DNA of 64,000 nucleotides from an uncultured Gemmataceae bacterium (GCA_963750165.1 CAVVPN010000003.1:3392001-3456000); one strand, 5' to 3'; positions 20,101 through 30,324 are shown, counted from the first letter of the stretch. Program-made: numbers and translations. The notes: a model not told the origin generated them from the sequence alone.

Positions 20101-23100
20101 GGCAACAACACCGGCTTTACCGGGACCGCCATCACCGGGCCCGGCAGCCTGGACATCGCCGGCACCAACAACGTGTTCCTCGGCAACAACACCACCAACA
20201 CCTACACCGGCGGCACCTACATCAACTCGGGCACCGTCATCAACCAGAACAGCGCCAATTTCGGCACCGGGGCGATCACCTTCACGGGCGGCATTTTCCA
20301 GACCAACAACAACCCAACCGTTTTCAGCAACGCCCTGAACCTCAACGGCAGCCAGGTGTTCACCAACAACCCGGTGGTCTTCACCGGCGCGATCACCCTG
20401 ACCAACAACGACGTCCTCAATTACACCAACCAGGTGTACCTCAACGGCAGCATCGGCGAGAGCGGCGGATCCAGGTCGTTGACCGTGGCCGGCACCAGCG
20501 CTACCACCCTGATCCTCAACAACGCCAACACCTTCACGGGCGGGACCATCCTGGCGACCACCACCAACTTCTTGCAGGTCAACAACCCGAACGCGCTGGG
20601 CACCGGCACCTTCACACTGACGAGCGGCGTGCTGGGCACCACACAGAACGTCGGCGCCAACAACTCCGTGACGATTCCCAACGCCGTGCTGCTCCCCAAC
20701 ACCTCGGTGACGGTCAACAGCATCGTCCAGGGCGTGAACGTCAACTTCGCCGGCCCGACCACGCTCGTCGGCAACAACACGCTCAACCTGAGCAGCTCCG
20801 GCACGACGGCCTTCACCGGTGGCGTCGTCGGCTCCGGCGCGCTGACCATGGGGGGCAGCGGTGTCCTCCAGCTGCCGACGGCCAACTGGTTCACGGGCGG
20901 ATTCGCCCTGAACGGGACGACCACCGTGCTCGGCAGCAACGCCGCCCTCGGGACTGGCCCGGTCAGCCTCGGCGGCGGCACCCTGACCGACTCCGCCCCG
21001 ATCACGCTGGCCAATGCCGTGGTGGTCTCGGGCACAAGCGCGGGTACCCTCGCCGGCACCAGCGCCATCACGTTTACGGGTTCCACCACCCTCCTGTCCT
21101 CCACCACGCTCACGGTGAACAACTCGGCCGGCGTGACCTTCAGTGGGGTCGTGGGGGAGGCCGGCGGGTCGAAAGCGCTCACCCTGGCCGGAACCGGCGC
21201 GGTGTCGCTCCTGGACGCCAACTATTTTTCCGCCGGTTTCAACCTGAACAATGTCGGCAGCCTGGGGGTGCTGGCCCAGTTCTACAACCTGAGTTTCGGC
21301 CCCGGAGGCGGTGCGCTGGTCGGCCCTCCCAACGGGACGCAAACGGTCTTCTTCAACCAGCTGACCCCGGTCTTCTCACGCATCGACAGCAGCATCAACT
21401 ACCCGAACAACGGCAACGGCTTCGGCAGCACCGTCTCCGGCGCCACCGGCAACTCGGCCACGCTGCCCGCGAGCGTGAATCCGTTCATGGTGGCCGCCCA
21501 GTTCAGCGGCAGCCTGAACATTGCCACGGGCGGCAGCTACACCTTCACCACGAGTAGCGACGACAACAGCGACCTCTATATCGACGGCGTCCTGGTGGTC
21601 AACAACGACTTCAACCAGGGCAACACCGCCCGGTCGAGCACCGTGACCCTGGCCGCCGGGCCGCACACCTTCCTGGCGCAGTACATCAATAACGGCGGCG
21701 GCGCCGCGATGACCGTCAATTATTCAGGGCCGGACACCGGCAACGCTTCGATCCTCATCCCGGCCGCCACCTCCCTCACCGGCCCGGGCTTGGTGACGGC
21801 AGGCGCGGCGAGCAACACCCTGCTGACCCTGGGCAACAATGCCGCCCTGGGGAGTGGCGCGGTGAACTTCACCTCGGGTGTGGTGACGGCTTCCGCCCCC
21901 CTCACCATCACCAACCCCGTTACCTTCTCGTCCAGCTCCTCCACCGCGAACGCCATCCCGCTGGCCTTCGCCGGCAGCCCGATCACCATCACCAGCAATG
22001 TCAACCTCACAAACGATGTCGTGCTGTCGGTCAACAACACCACCACCCTGTCCGGCGTCGTCTCGGGCACCGGTTCGCTGACCCTGGGCGTCCCGGGCGG
22101 CCTGGTCGCCGGCTCCACCACCCTTGCCGGCACCGGCAACCTGGTGCTCACCGCGGCCGAGACCTACACCGGTTCCACAACGGTCAACGCCGGCACCCTG
22201 ACTCTGAGCGGCGGCGGCGCCCTGACGGCGACCTCGGGCGGCACCAGTGCCGTGCAGACGTTGACCTTCAACCCGGCAGTGACCGGCGGCACCTTCACGC
22301 TCACGTTCGCTGGCCAGACCACGTCCCCGATCAGCTGGGATCCGACCCCCGCCAACCTCGTCAGCAACATCCAGGCAGGCCTCGACGGGCTGTCCACCAT
22401 CGGCGCGGGCAACACCCTGGTTGCGGGCACCGGCCCGGCCTACACCATCACGTTCCAGAGCTCCCTCGCCAACGCCAACGTGCCGACGCTGGCGTTCAAC
22501 GGCTCAGCCCTCACGGGCGCCGGCATCCTGTCGCTGGCCACCACCACCACGGGCGGCGCCGCGGTTAACGTCAACCAGGGCGGCACCCTGACCCTGGACA
22601 ACACCGGCACCAATAGCCTCGACCGCATCAACGACACCGCCGGCGTGACCCTCAACGGCGGCACCCTCAGCTACCTGAGCAACGCCAACGCCGCCTCGAC
22701 CGAGACCCTCGGAGCGCTCGCGCTGGGCGCCGGCAACTCCACCATCTCCTCCACGGTGACCACGGGCGGCAGCGGGGCCGCCGCCACCCTGACGTTCGCT
22801 TCCCTCACCCGCAACTCCGGCGCGACGGTCAACTTCGTCGGCGTCAACACGGCGCTGAGCGGCGCCGGCGCCAACCAGGTCGTGTTCACCACTACCCCGA
22901 CGACGACGACCGTCACCGGCGGCAACATCCTGCCCTACGCCACCGTCACCGGCCCGACCGGCTCGTTCGACTTCGCCTCCGCGGCGACCGCCAACATCGT
23001 CCCGTTCGCCGCCTACACCACTGCCGGCATCAACGGCTCCACCTCGGCCAACGATGTCGTCAAGGTGACGGCGAACGACACGCTGACCGGCGCCAAGACG

Positions 23101-26100
23101 GTGGCCGCCGTCCTGCTCAGCGGCAACGGCCTCACGGTCAGCGGCGCCTTCCCGCTCACCCTGGGGACCGGTGCGCTGCTGACCACGGGCACCACGACCA
23201 GCGGCGACACCATCTCGGTCGCCGGCCTGACTCTGGGCAGTACGGAAGGGATCGTCAACAACAACACCACGCCGGCCAGTGGCGCCAGCCTCACGATCAA
23301 CAGCGCCATCACCGGGACCGGCGGTTTCACCGTCGGCGGCAACGGGACGCTGGCGCTGGGTGGGGCCAACAGCCTCTCCGGGACGACCACCCTGAACGGC
23401 GGCACCCTGTCCCTGGCCAACCTCAACGCCCTCGGCGGCGGCAGCACCCTGAACCTGGTCGCGGGCACCATGCAGGGCGCCAGCACCTTGCCGGCGGGCA
23501 CCACCCTGACCGTGACCAACCCAGTGTCACTCACGAACAGCATGGTGAGCTTCGCCGGCACGGTGCCGCTCATCTTCAGCGGCACCGTCACCCTCAACGG
23601 CTTCACGGACGTGGTCTCGGCGGCCATCGCGGGCGGCGGCACCACCTTCTCCGGCATGGTCACCGGCGCGGCCAACCTGACCAAGCAAGGCACGGGGACG
23701 CTGTACCTCACCAACGCCCAGGGGTTCATCAGCAACTACACCGGCCAGACCAACATCAACGCCGGCATTGTCAATGTCCAGAGCAGCAGCGCCCTCGGCG
23801 CCAGTTCCAGTGTGGTCGTGGCCAATGGCGCCACGCTCCAGACCCAGCAGAAAGCCGTCCCGGTCAATAACGTCCAGACCGTCACCATTACCGGCCTGCC
23901 CACCGGCGGCAACTTCACGCTGGCCTTCAACGGGCAGCAAACGGCCAACATCGCCTTCAACGCCACCGCGGCGACGATCCAGACCGCCCTCCAGGCACTT
24001 TCGTCGATCGGGGCGAACAATGTCCTGGTTACCGGCAGCGCTCCGGGGCCTTTCTTCGTCACCTTCACCGGCGCCCTGGCTGGAGCGCCGCAACCCGCGC
24101 TCACCTTCACGAACCTGTTCGGCAACGTCGGCGTCAACCCGACGGTGGTGATTGTCGATGGCACCTCCGTGCAGTTGTCGCAATCGCTGGTCCTCAACGG
24201 CAGCGGCGTCGGCGGCAACGGCGCCCTGGAGAACGTGTACGGCAACAACTACGTGTTCGGCAACGTCTCGATGCTCACGCCGGCCACCATCGGTGTTGAT
24301 GAGGGCACCCTGACCCAGAGTGCCGGCAGCATCGGCGGGGTGGGCGACCTGACCAAGGTGGGCGGCGGCACCCTGGCGCTGACGGGGACCAACACCTATC
24401 TCGGCCAGACCAACATCACCAACGGCATCGTCCAGGTGAACACCAGCGCCTTTGCCCTGGGCTCGGTCGCCGGCAGCACTGTGGTCAACGCCGGGGCCAC
24501 GCTCCAGATCACCGGGACCGCGCCCATCAACACCTCCAATAATCCTGGGACCGGCTTTGTCTTCGGTGCGGAAACCCTCGTGCTCAACGGCACCGGCTAC
24601 GCTGGCGCCAATCTCGCCGGCGCCCTGGTCGTCGCTCCCTCGGTGCAGGGCATCCTCTCCACCAACTTGCAAGCCAACATCGTCCTGAACCCGGGCGCCA
24701 CGATCGGCGTCAATTCCGGCGTCAACCTCAACGCGACGGGCGTCATCAGCGGTTCGGGCGATCTGACCAAGGTCGGCACCGGCATCTTGAACCTGCAAGC
24801 GGGCGAGACCTACACCGGCAACACCGTGGTCGATGCCGGGCAGCTGGTGCTGCAGGTGGCCGGCAGCGCCCTGAATTCGTCCGGCTTCATTGTCAATCCG
24901 AACGCCTTTTTGCTGCTGGACAATAACGGCATGAGCGCCGTGATGCAGCAGGGGACCACGGCGGTGGCGGGCGGCACGCTCTTCTCCGTCAACATGACCA
25001 GTCGCCTCAGCGCCACCCAGGGTATCACGCTCAATGCCGGCACCTTCTCCTTCATCGGCAACCCCGGCCAGGGCCTGGCCCCGGTCGCCAGCAGCCAGTC
25101 GGTCGGCACCATCACCCTCGGCGCCGGCCAGTCCACCATCCAGGCGAGCACGGGCGGCATCGCCATCACCGGCAGCACGTCCGTGCTGACCATCGCCAGC
25201 CTGAATCGCCTGCCCGGCGGCACGGTCAACTTCGCCGGCTACGGCGGCATCGCCGGCGGCACGATCAGCTCGGCCGGCTACACCAGCGCCCTGGACGTCC
25301 CCTTCGCCCAGATCGCCCTGGCCACGGTGCCGACGCTGGTCGGCAGCAACGGCGGCATTTTGCCCTACGCCACCGTCAACGGCGGCGATTTCGCCACCTA
25401 CGACTTCGCCACCAACAGCATCGCGGCCTTCACGGGGTACGTCACCTCGCTGGCCGCCGCTGGGCCGAACGACACCGTCAAGTTGTCCGCGGCCGAAACC
25501 CTGACGGGCGACAAAACCGTCAACGCCCTGCTCCTGGCGGGCGGCACCGTCGGCGAAGCTGGCTACACCTTGACGCTGGCCGGCGGCGCCCTGGCGACCA
25601 CCGCCGGTTTCACCACCACCAACACCATCATCGGCGGCACGCTGGCCTTCGGGAGCAACGAGGGCATTCTCCAGACCAATGCCGCGGCGATTACCACGCT
25701 CAACAGCACCATCACCGGCTCCGGCGGCCTGACGATTGGCGGCGGCGGCACGTTGAACCTCCCCAACGCCAACACGTACACGGGCACCACCGTCCAGGGC
25801 AACGGCATCCTGAACGTGGGCAACAGCGCGTCCCTCGGCACCGGCACGGCCAGCTTCGTTAACGGCACCGTCCAGTCCCTCGCCGGCGTCACGCTCCCCA
25901 ACCCCGTGGCGCTCAACAACAGTTACGTCACCCTCAGTGGCCTGACGAACCTGAACCTGTCCGGTCCGGTCACGGCGACCGACAACCTCAGCAACGATCC
26001 CAACGGCGCTGCCTACACGAACACGGTGAACGTGTCCACCAACGTCGTGTTCACGGTGACCATTTCGGGTGCCATTACCGGCGGCACGCTCTCGTTCACC

Positions 26101-29100
26101 ATCAACAACACGGGCACGAGCAACATCCCCTGGAGCGGCAACGGGGCCGTGCTGGCCGCCAACATCCAGGCCGCGTTGAATGCGAACGCGACCGGCACGA
26201 ACACCACCATTTGGGGCCCCGGCAACACTCTGGTTACCGGGACTGGCCCGTTCGTCATTACCTTTATTGGTGGCATGGCCGGGGTTCCGCTGACGCTGAC
26301 CGCCAACAATAATCTCCTCGGCACCAACACGGCCATCGTGGTGACCTCACCGGTCAGCTTCCAGGGAGTTCCTTCGGGCAATGACGCGAACCCGGCCCTG
26401 GCCACGGGTTTGATGTCGCTGTCGGGGACCGTCAGCGGCACGGGCAGTCTGAACGTCCTGGGGACCGGGACCCTGGTGGTGTCCGGAAACAACACCTACT
26501 CGGGTGGCACGTTCCTGAACGGCCCCACCGTGGTCGCCGCTAGCAACACTGCCTTCGGCACCGGCGCCTTGACCCTGACCAGCGGCACCCTCATGGCCGA
26601 CGCGAACGCCCACACCCTGGCCAACAATCTCGTGATTAACGGCGGGATTACCCTGGGCGCCAGCAGCGAGGGTGGCACGACGGGCAGCACCAACAGCAAT
26701 CTCACCTTCAGCGGCAATGTGCTGTTGACCGGGACCACCTCGGCCCTCGTGGAAAACGCCGGCGTTTCGGTCAACCCCCAGACGATTGCCGGGACGCTGC
26801 CGCAGAACTCCCTCCAGGTTTACAACACCACCACCTTCAGCGGCAACGTGAGCGGCCCAGGCGGCCTGGTGGTGATGGGGCCGGGCAACCTCGTGCTCTC
26901 GGGTGCCAGCAACACCTACGCGGGCGGCACCACGCTCAACTCCGCGGGCGGCGGCCTCCAGGCCAGCTTCCTGAACACCGGCGGCACCAACAACATTGCC
27001 GCGACCAGCTTCAACACCGCACCGGCGTACTCGCGCATCGACCCCTCCGTCGATTACCCGGACAACGGCAACAACGGCCTCACGTACCCAACTCCGAACG
27101 GACTCTCGCTGTCGCCATCGGTGCCCATTAACAACATCGCCATCACGGAAAACGGCTATTTGAACATTGTCAACCCGGGTCTTTACACCTTCTTCTACTC
27201 GGTGGACGACGGCGGCACGATGTTCATCGACGGGACCATGATGGCCGACAACGATGGTGCCAAGGGCCCTGCCGGCTGCAGCGCCACCGTGAACCTGTCG
27301 GGCGGCTTGCACACATTCCTGGTGAAGTACTACCAGGGCGGTGGCGGTGCGGGGATCGCCATCACCTACCAGGGGCCGGACACCAACAACGTCGCCATTC
27401 TCGTCCCGCCCAGCGCGTACGCGAACCCGGATGGCACCGCCGGCACCCTCCAGATTGCCAACAACAATTCGCTGGGCAGCGGCCCGGTGTCGCTGTCCAA
27501 CGGCGTGCTCCAGGCCAACGCCGCCGTTACCCTGGCCAACACGGTGCAGCTGGCGGGCGGCCCGCTGCCCGTGGCCCTGGCCGGCAGCGCCATCACCATT
27601 ACCAACAACGCCCTCCTGACCGGCAATATCAACCTGTCGGTCAACAACACGACCACCTTCAACGCCGACATCGCCGGCACGTCCGCGCTGACCCTGACGA
27701 ACCAGCCCGTGGTGGTGGGGACCGCCGCCCCCCTCACCGGCACCGGCAACCTGGTCATCACCTCGCCGGTGAGCTACACCGGTTCGACCACTGTCAGCGC
27801 CGGCACCTTGACCCTCAGCGGCAACGGCGCCCTCACGGGGACCGCCAGCACCAACGCCGTCCAGACCCTGTTCTTCCCGACCTCCCTGAACAACACCCAG
27901 CAGGGGAACGTCACCGGCGGCAACTTTACGCTCACCTTCAACGGGGCGACCACCGGGGCGATCACTTTCAGTCCGACCGCGGCCACGACCGCTGCGAACA
28001 TCCAGACCGCCCTCAACACGCTGCTGGGCAACAGCACCAGCGTGGTCGTCTCGGCGCAAACCAGCCCCATCGCCAGCCTGGTCGTCAACAACTCCAGCGC
28101 CGGCGGCATCTACATCACCATCACGTTCGCGGGCGCCCTGGCCGGGGCACCCCAGCAGTTGATGACCGTTAATAACGTGAGCCTGACCGGGACCAACATC
28201 GCGTGGTCCATCGCCACGACGACCGTCGGCAGCCCGGCGCTGGTCATCAACAGCGGCGGCACGGTCACGCTGGACAACACCACCGTCAACAACAACGACC
28301 GCATCAACGACGCGGCGGTCGTGGTGTTCAACGGCGGCAATCTCAACTTCCTGGGCACCCCCGGCGCCGCCTCGACGGAAACCCTGGGCACGACCCTGTA
28401 CAACACCGGCAACTCCACGATCACGACGACCGCGGGGGCCGGCGGCTCGGTGGTCCTGACCGCGAACGTCCCGGGGCGCAACGGCGGCGGCACGGCCAAC
28501 CTCGTGGCCGGCAACGGCCAGATCCTGGGCAGCGCCACCAACCAGATCATCCTCAACGTGCCGGCCTCCGCCATCCTGAATAACGGCATCATCAAGGGCT
28601 TCACGGTCACCGACGGCAGCACCGGCGGTTTCAACCTGGCGACGGCCACCGGCACCTCCACGGCCACCGTCGCTGCCCTGACCACCTATGCGACGTTGTC
28701 CACCAGTGGCGGCAACACCAGCGCCGACAACGTGCTGGTCACGGCCTCCACCGCCCTGACGGCCAGCGACACGGTCAACGCCATCCTCATCCGCGGCGAC
28801 GGCATCAACATCAGCGGCGCCGCCGGCACCACGCTCACCGTGGGCGGGACTTCCGGGTCCGGCACCATGATCGTTTCCAGCGGCGGCACGACCACGGGGG
28901 ACACCATCTCCGTGCCGACCCTGGCACTGGGCAATCAGGAAGGCGTCTTTATCACCAACAGCGGCAGCACGACGGTCACCGGCACCATCACCGGCAGCGG
29001 CGGCCTGACCGCTTCCGGGGCGGGCAGCCTGACCCTGGCGAGCCCGGACACCTACACCGGCACCACCACTCTCAACGGCGGCACGCTCACCGTTGCCAGC

Positions 29101-30324
29101 AACTCCGTCCTCGGCGCCCTGACCCTGAACGGCGGCACCCTCAAGAGCAGCACTTCCGTGACGCTGACCGGGGCCGTCACCCTGAACAACAGCGCCGTCA
29201 CCCTCGGCGGCAGCAACGCGCTCGTGTTTACCGGGGCCTGGAACCTGGCTGGCCAGAACGATACCCTCAATGTCACCGACACGACCCCCGTCATCATCCA
29301 GGGCGTCATCCAGGACGCCAACAACCAGGGCGCGGTCATCCCGACCGGCGCCAACTCCCCCGCCAAGACGTTTACGAAGACGGGAGCTGGGACGGTGATC
29401 CTGACCGGCACCAACACCTACACCGCTTTGACGTACATCCTGGGTGGCACCGTCAACCTGCAGAACAGCGCCGGCCTGGGCAGCGTCCCCAGCCAGTCTC
29501 CGATCACTTCCGCCGGGGCAGGGTTCCCGGCCACGGCGCCGGCCGCGGACGGCACCCTCGTGGGCAGCGGCGCGACCCTGCAACTGCAGGGCGCCATCAC
29601 GCTGAACGAGGTGCTGGCCCTCAACGGCGGCACCCTGGAAAGCCTGTCCGGCAATAACCAGCTCAACGGCGGCATCCTCCTGAACGCCCCCAGCACCATT
29701 AACGTGGACGTGAACCAGTTGACCGTGACCGGCTCGATTTCCGGCGCCTCGGACTGGACCAAGACCGGTGGCGGCACCTTGATTCTCACCGGCTTCAACA
29801 CGTACACGGGCCAGACGAACATCAACGTCGGCGTTGTGCAGCTCGCCTCCTACGTTTTCACGGCCAGCAACACCACGACGTCCAATCCGATCTCGGCCCT
29901 GGGTGCGCAGACCGGTAGCGTCGTGGTGAACTCCGGCGGCACCCCGGGCAGCAGCGGCACGCTCCAGCTCGACTCGAGTTCCGCCACGACCTACTACAGC
30001 AAGACCCTGGTCCTGAACGGCCCGGGCTTCGGTTTCAACTTCTCCAGCCTGCTGTTGCCCACGGGCGCCCTCGAAGACCTCAACACCACCAACAACAACC
30101 AGTTCATCAGCACCTGGACCGGCAACATCGTCCTGAACACCGATTCCACGATCAGCGCCGCCAGCGCCACCACGGTCACCACCCCGGCCAACCTGGCGAT
30201 CACCGGCGCCATCAGCGGGACGGTGCGCGCTCACCAAGGTGGGCATCGGCCAGCTGCAACTCGGCGCCCCCGACAGCTACTCCGGAGCCACGACCGTCGC
30301 CGCCGGCACCCTGGTCCTGAATAA
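14122..30324 (+). CDS. Giant adhesin segment 2: beta-helix repeats, three PA14 domains, L-type lectin, inserted small domains
   Basis: Many LTK.G.GTL.L...NT(Y/F)TG repeats. PA14 at ~14710, ~21265 and ~26950. Lectin at ~15475-16095 (GADGTTFTLQN, NSVAVEL, AYMGFTGATGG). Confidence 0.85.
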   Translation: MTLANPVAFAPGVTSVISGSNNLNLAGPIVLSGVGLLSVTNTAMTTLSGAISGPGYLTMSGSGTLSLAASANTLGGIAVVGGTLVLPSAAALGTGSLGLGGGTLLASGPLSLANPLLLTGTSSLAGSNALTFTGTTTLEGNTTLNVANSTTLSGVVGEVGGSRSLTAAGSGTLSLAGANTFSGGFNLSTPVTSSAPGLLAMYYDLAFSPTSLASVNYNATPNATRVEASISYPNILTSLPAGINQTNIAAQWVGLLNIVQAGTYVFDTNNDDGAGTYVDGVAVAVLDRLAGFNATPAAGAPIFLSAGLHTFRTLFYQAGGGAGVVVRYTGPDTGGNPQVVAAQTTPGGPGLVTPQATAVGKPTVVVGTNTSLGTGPVALNAGVLQASSAVTLANPLAVNSAPSAPVTFAGSAITFTSPLSVASGIGVAANNTTTFTGAITGPTTATAGSFVTGFGGDGTGWTFNSAGIGGTPVTTDMLTLTDGANGESRSAFFNTQVQPTGGFTVAFTYTPGGSLGADGTTFTLQNDPRGTAALGGGGGSFGYNGIINSVAVELNIYTGAAGGIGTALGTAATPIPAATPVTPVTLNSGDPISVILVYNASAQTITETLTDSIASTTKTTTFGGVNLLSLLGSTSAYMGFTGATGGANSIQTVSNFVYVPTTTVPTIGLTQGGTGNLVLTAANTFPGTVTVGNGTLTLSGNGALTAAPAASAVQTLVFGANVTGGTFTLTFNGQTTAPITWDPTPATLVSNIQAALNALSTIGTGNTLVAGTGPFTITFQNALANRSVPTMTFDATNLTGDTIQLLITVTPGASGLPAVAVNQGGTLTLDNTGTNNTDRIANSAPITLSGGTLNFLGNATAASTETVGALTLGAGTSTVNTTPGTGQTAALTFASLTRAVGSGGAVNFTGTGLGGASNKVLFTTAPTLTSGLLPYATVNGTELASYTAANGAQTYTASGGTYKTTVTASTAATDNVNLASNDTVTASKTINSLTITGDRTLTINPGVTLTVTSGALLVTGTTAGAQITGGGTLVLGQAIITTAAGSILTVNTPLSGTNLTLAGSGTVNLPTANAFTGSTTLAGATLNLGDVKAIGAGGLALVSGTLTATATGGLLLTNPLTFNNSVVTLGGTNPLLFSGAANLLGTNNTLTVTNTAATVLDGVVGGAANLTKAGPGTLVLAGANTFTGQTNVNAGILQAQSGAALGSVVVVAAGASVQVLGSGLTIASSIFLNGTGVNGAGALENLGGGNNTWSGGITLLSAATISIDAGTTLTVPGLAGPGDFTKVGAGTLVITSSSTYTGQTNINQGVVNVQNGLALGLPTGAVMVNTGAVQNLAFTGAPTGGTFVLNVNGTNTAAITYSTTFSTLQANISAALAALPAIGSAANVAVSGTARSVVITFQGTLAGASWAAITVTTNSLTGGTAPGILVTTNSASLQLQNTITVPGKNITLNGPGFGFAGGLPQGALVNQANNNSWTGDITLANGAMIGGVSGTTLTVGGVVSGTDLTKVGADAVILLGSNTFTGNLTVNAGVLTLSNANAYTGATTVNYAAIGGTAATGSSQIAGTTFGATALVLNNFGTILNSSSITLNGAVNPVNTLNVNNRVGGTLTLDNTAYNLVDNGTTNQGRLGNTTPINMNGGTLNFAAAINPGVASAETLGPVTLAGGQSLIRTGYMTVFGASGASSLGFTVQPAGATSTLTFSSLARNPGATVNFDGGVNNYTPINTTSNQIVVTAPLAAAMKFVGHQGTILPFAEVGGGLNAGDLAGVTTTAGVTNIVPFTNYLVQTVANNGGFPNPVVLTGGPLDIVKLVSNGSGVDIAAVNGATEVGTTATITTTTPHGFVVGQIVNINNVSLNGAAVGTYNGQFTITSVPSPTTFTITTGTANTAPAGGGAVSATTGTGSGIIVNAAFNQTIGALVMANNVVANPTANSIPLQINTNGSFSVASGAYIFTSTSGLQANVVNIQASATSPIVLPGETYLFQNSTGNVNFGNNTGFTGTAITGPGSLDIAGTNNVFLGNNTTNTYTGGTYINSGTVINQNSANFGTGAITFTGGIFQTNNNPTVFSNALNLNGSQVFTNNPVVFTGAITLTNNDVLNYTNQVYLNGSIGESGGSRSLTVAGTSATTLILNNANTFTGGTILATTTNFLQVNNPNALGTGTFTLTSGVLGTTQNVGANNSVTIPNAVLLPNTSVTVNSIVQGVNVNFAGPTTLVGNNTLNLSSSGTTAFTGGVVGSGALTMGGSGVLQLPTANWFTGGFALNGTTTVLGSNAALGTGPVSLGGGTLTDSAPITLANAVVVSGTSAGTLAGTSAITFTGSTTLLSSTTLTVNNSAGVTFSGVVGEAGGSKALTLAGTGAVSLLDANYFSAGFNLNNVGSLGVLAQFYNLSFGPGGGALVGPPNGTQTVFFNQLTPVFSRIDSSINYPNNGNGFGSTVSGATGNSATLPASVNPFMVAAQFSGSLNIATGGSYTFTTSSDDNSDLYIDGVLVVNNDFNQGNTARSSTVTLAAGPHTFLAQYINNGGGAAMTVNYSGPDTGNASILIPAATSLTGPGLVTAGAASNTLLTLGNNAALGSGAVNFTSGVVTASAPLTITNPVTFSSSSSTANAIPLAFAGSPITITSNVNLTNDVVLSVNNTTTLSGVVSGTGSLTLGVPGGLVAGSTTLAGTGNLVLTAAETYTGSTTVNAGTLTLSGGGALTATSGGTSAVQTLTFNPAVTGGTFTLTFAGQTTSPISWDPTPANLVSNIQAGLDGLSTIGAGNTLVAGTGPAYTITFQSSLANANVPTLAFNGSALTGAGILSLATTTTGGAAVNVNQGGTLTLDNTGTNSLDRINDTAGVTLNGGTLSYLSNANAASTETLGALALGAGNSTISSTVTTGGSGAAATLTFASLTRNSGATVNFVGVNTALSGAGANQVVFTTTPTTTTVTGGNILPYATVTGPTGSFDFASAATANIVPFAAYTTAGINGSTSANDVVKVTANDTLTGAKTVAAVLLSGNGLTVSGAFPLTLGTGALLTTGTTTSGDTISVAGLTLGSTEGIVNNNTTPASGASLTINSAITGTGGFTVGGNGTLALGGANSLSGTTTLNGGTLSLANLNALGGGSTLNLVAGTMQGASTLPAGTTLTVTNPVSLTNSMVSFAGTVPLIFSGTVTLNGFTDVVSAAIAGGGTTFSGMVTGAANLTKQGTGTLYLTNAQGFISNYTGQTNINAGIVNVQSSSALGASSSVVVANGATLQTQQKAVPVNNVQTVTITGLPTGGNFTLAFNGQQTANIAFNATAATIQTALQALSSIGANNVLVTGSAPGPFFVTFTGALAGAPQPALTFTNLFGNVGVNPTVVIVDGTSVQLSQSLVLNGSGVGGNGALENVYGNNYVFGNVSMLTPATIGVDEGTLTQSAGSIGGVGDLTKVGGGTLALTGTNTYLGQTNITNGIVQVNTSAFALGSVAGSTVVNAGATLQITGTAPINTSNNPGTGFVFGAETLVLNGTGYAGANLAGALVVAPSVQGILSTNLQANIVLNPGATIGVNSGVNLNATGVISGSGDLTKVGTGILNLQAGETYTGNTVVDAGQLVLQVAGSALNSSGFIVNPNAFLLLDNNGMSAVMQQGTTAVAGGTLFSVNMTSRLSATQGITLNAGTFSFIGNPGQGLAPVASSQSVGTITLGAGQSTIQASTGGIAITGSTSVLTIASLNRLPGGTVNFAGYGGIAGGTISSAGYTSALDVPFAQIALATVPTLVGSNGGILPYATVNGGDFATYDFATNSIAAFTGYVTSLAAAGPNDTVKLSAAETLTGDKTVNALLLAGGTVGEAGYTLTLAGGALATTAGFTTTNTIIGGTLAFGSNEGILQTNAAAITTLNSTITGSGGLTIGGGGTLNLPNANTYTGTTVQGNGILNVGNSASLGTGTASFVNGTVQSLAGVTLPNPVALNNSYVTLSGLTNLNLSGPVTATDNLSNDPNGAAYTNTVNVSTNVVFTVTISGAITGGTLSFTINNTGTSNIPWSGNGAVLAANIQAALNANATGTNTTIWGPGNTLVTGTGPFVITFIGGMAGVPLTLTANNNLLGTNTAIVVTSPVSFQGVPSGNDANPALATGLMSLSGTVSGTGSLNVLGTGTLVVSGNNTYSGGTFLNGPTVVAASNTAFGTGALTLTSGTLMADANAHTLANNLVINGGITLGASSEGGTTGSTNSNLTFSGNVLLTGTTSALVENAGVSVNPQTIAGTLPQNSLQVYNTTTFSGNVSGPGGLVVMGPGNLVLSGASNTYAGGTTLNSAGGGLQASFLNTGGTNNIAATSFNTAPAYSRIDPSVDYPDNGNNGLTYPTPNGLSLSPSVPINNIAITENGYLNIVNPGLYTFFYSVDDGGTMFIDGTMMADNDGAKGPAGCSATVNLSGGLHTFLVKYYQGGGGAGIAITYQGPDTNNVAILVPPSAYANPDGTAGTLQIANNNSLGSGPVSLSNGVLQANAAVTLANTVQLAGGPLPVALAGSAITITNNALLTGNINLSVNNTTTFNADIAGTSALTLTNQPVVVGTAAPLTGTGNLVITSPVSYTGSTTVSAGTLTLSGNGALTGTASTNAVQTLFFPTSLNNTQQGNVTGGNFTLTFNGATTGAITFSPTAATTAANIQTALNTLLGNSTSVVVSAQTSPIASLVVNNSSAGGIYITITFAGALAGAPQQLMTVNNVSLTGTNIAWSIATTTVGSPALVINSGGTVTLDNTTVNNNDRINDAAVVVFNGGNLNFLGTPGAASTETLGTTLYNTGNSTITTTAGAGGSVVLTANVPGRNGGGTANLVAGNGQILGSATNQIILNVPASAILNNGIIKGFTVTDGSTGGFNLATATGTSTATVAALTTYATLSTSGGNTSADNVLVTASTALTASDTVNAILIRGDGINISGAAGTTLTVGGTSGSGTMIVSSGGTTTGDTISVPTLALGNQEGVFITNSGSTTVTGTITGSGGLTASGAGSLTLASPDTYTGTTTLNGGTLTVASNSVLGALTLNGGTLKSSTSVTLTGAVTLNNSAVTLGGSNALVFTGAWNLAGQNDTLNVTDTTPVIIQGVIQDANNQGAVIPTGANSPAKTFTKTGAGTVILTGTNTYTALTYILGGTVNLQNSAGLGSVPSQSPITSAGAGFPATAPAADGTLVGSGATLQLQGAITLNEVLALNGGTLESLSGNNQLNGGILLNAPSTINVDVNQLTVTGSISGASDWTKTGGGTLILTGFNTYTGQTNINVGVVQLASYVFTASNTTTSNPISALGAQTGSVVVNSGGTPGSSGTLQLDSSSATTYYSKTLVLNGPGFGFNFSSLLLPTGALEDLNTTNNNQFISTWTGNIVLNTDSTISAASATTVTTPANLAITGAISGTVRAHQGGHRPAATRRPRQLLRSHDRRRRHPGPE

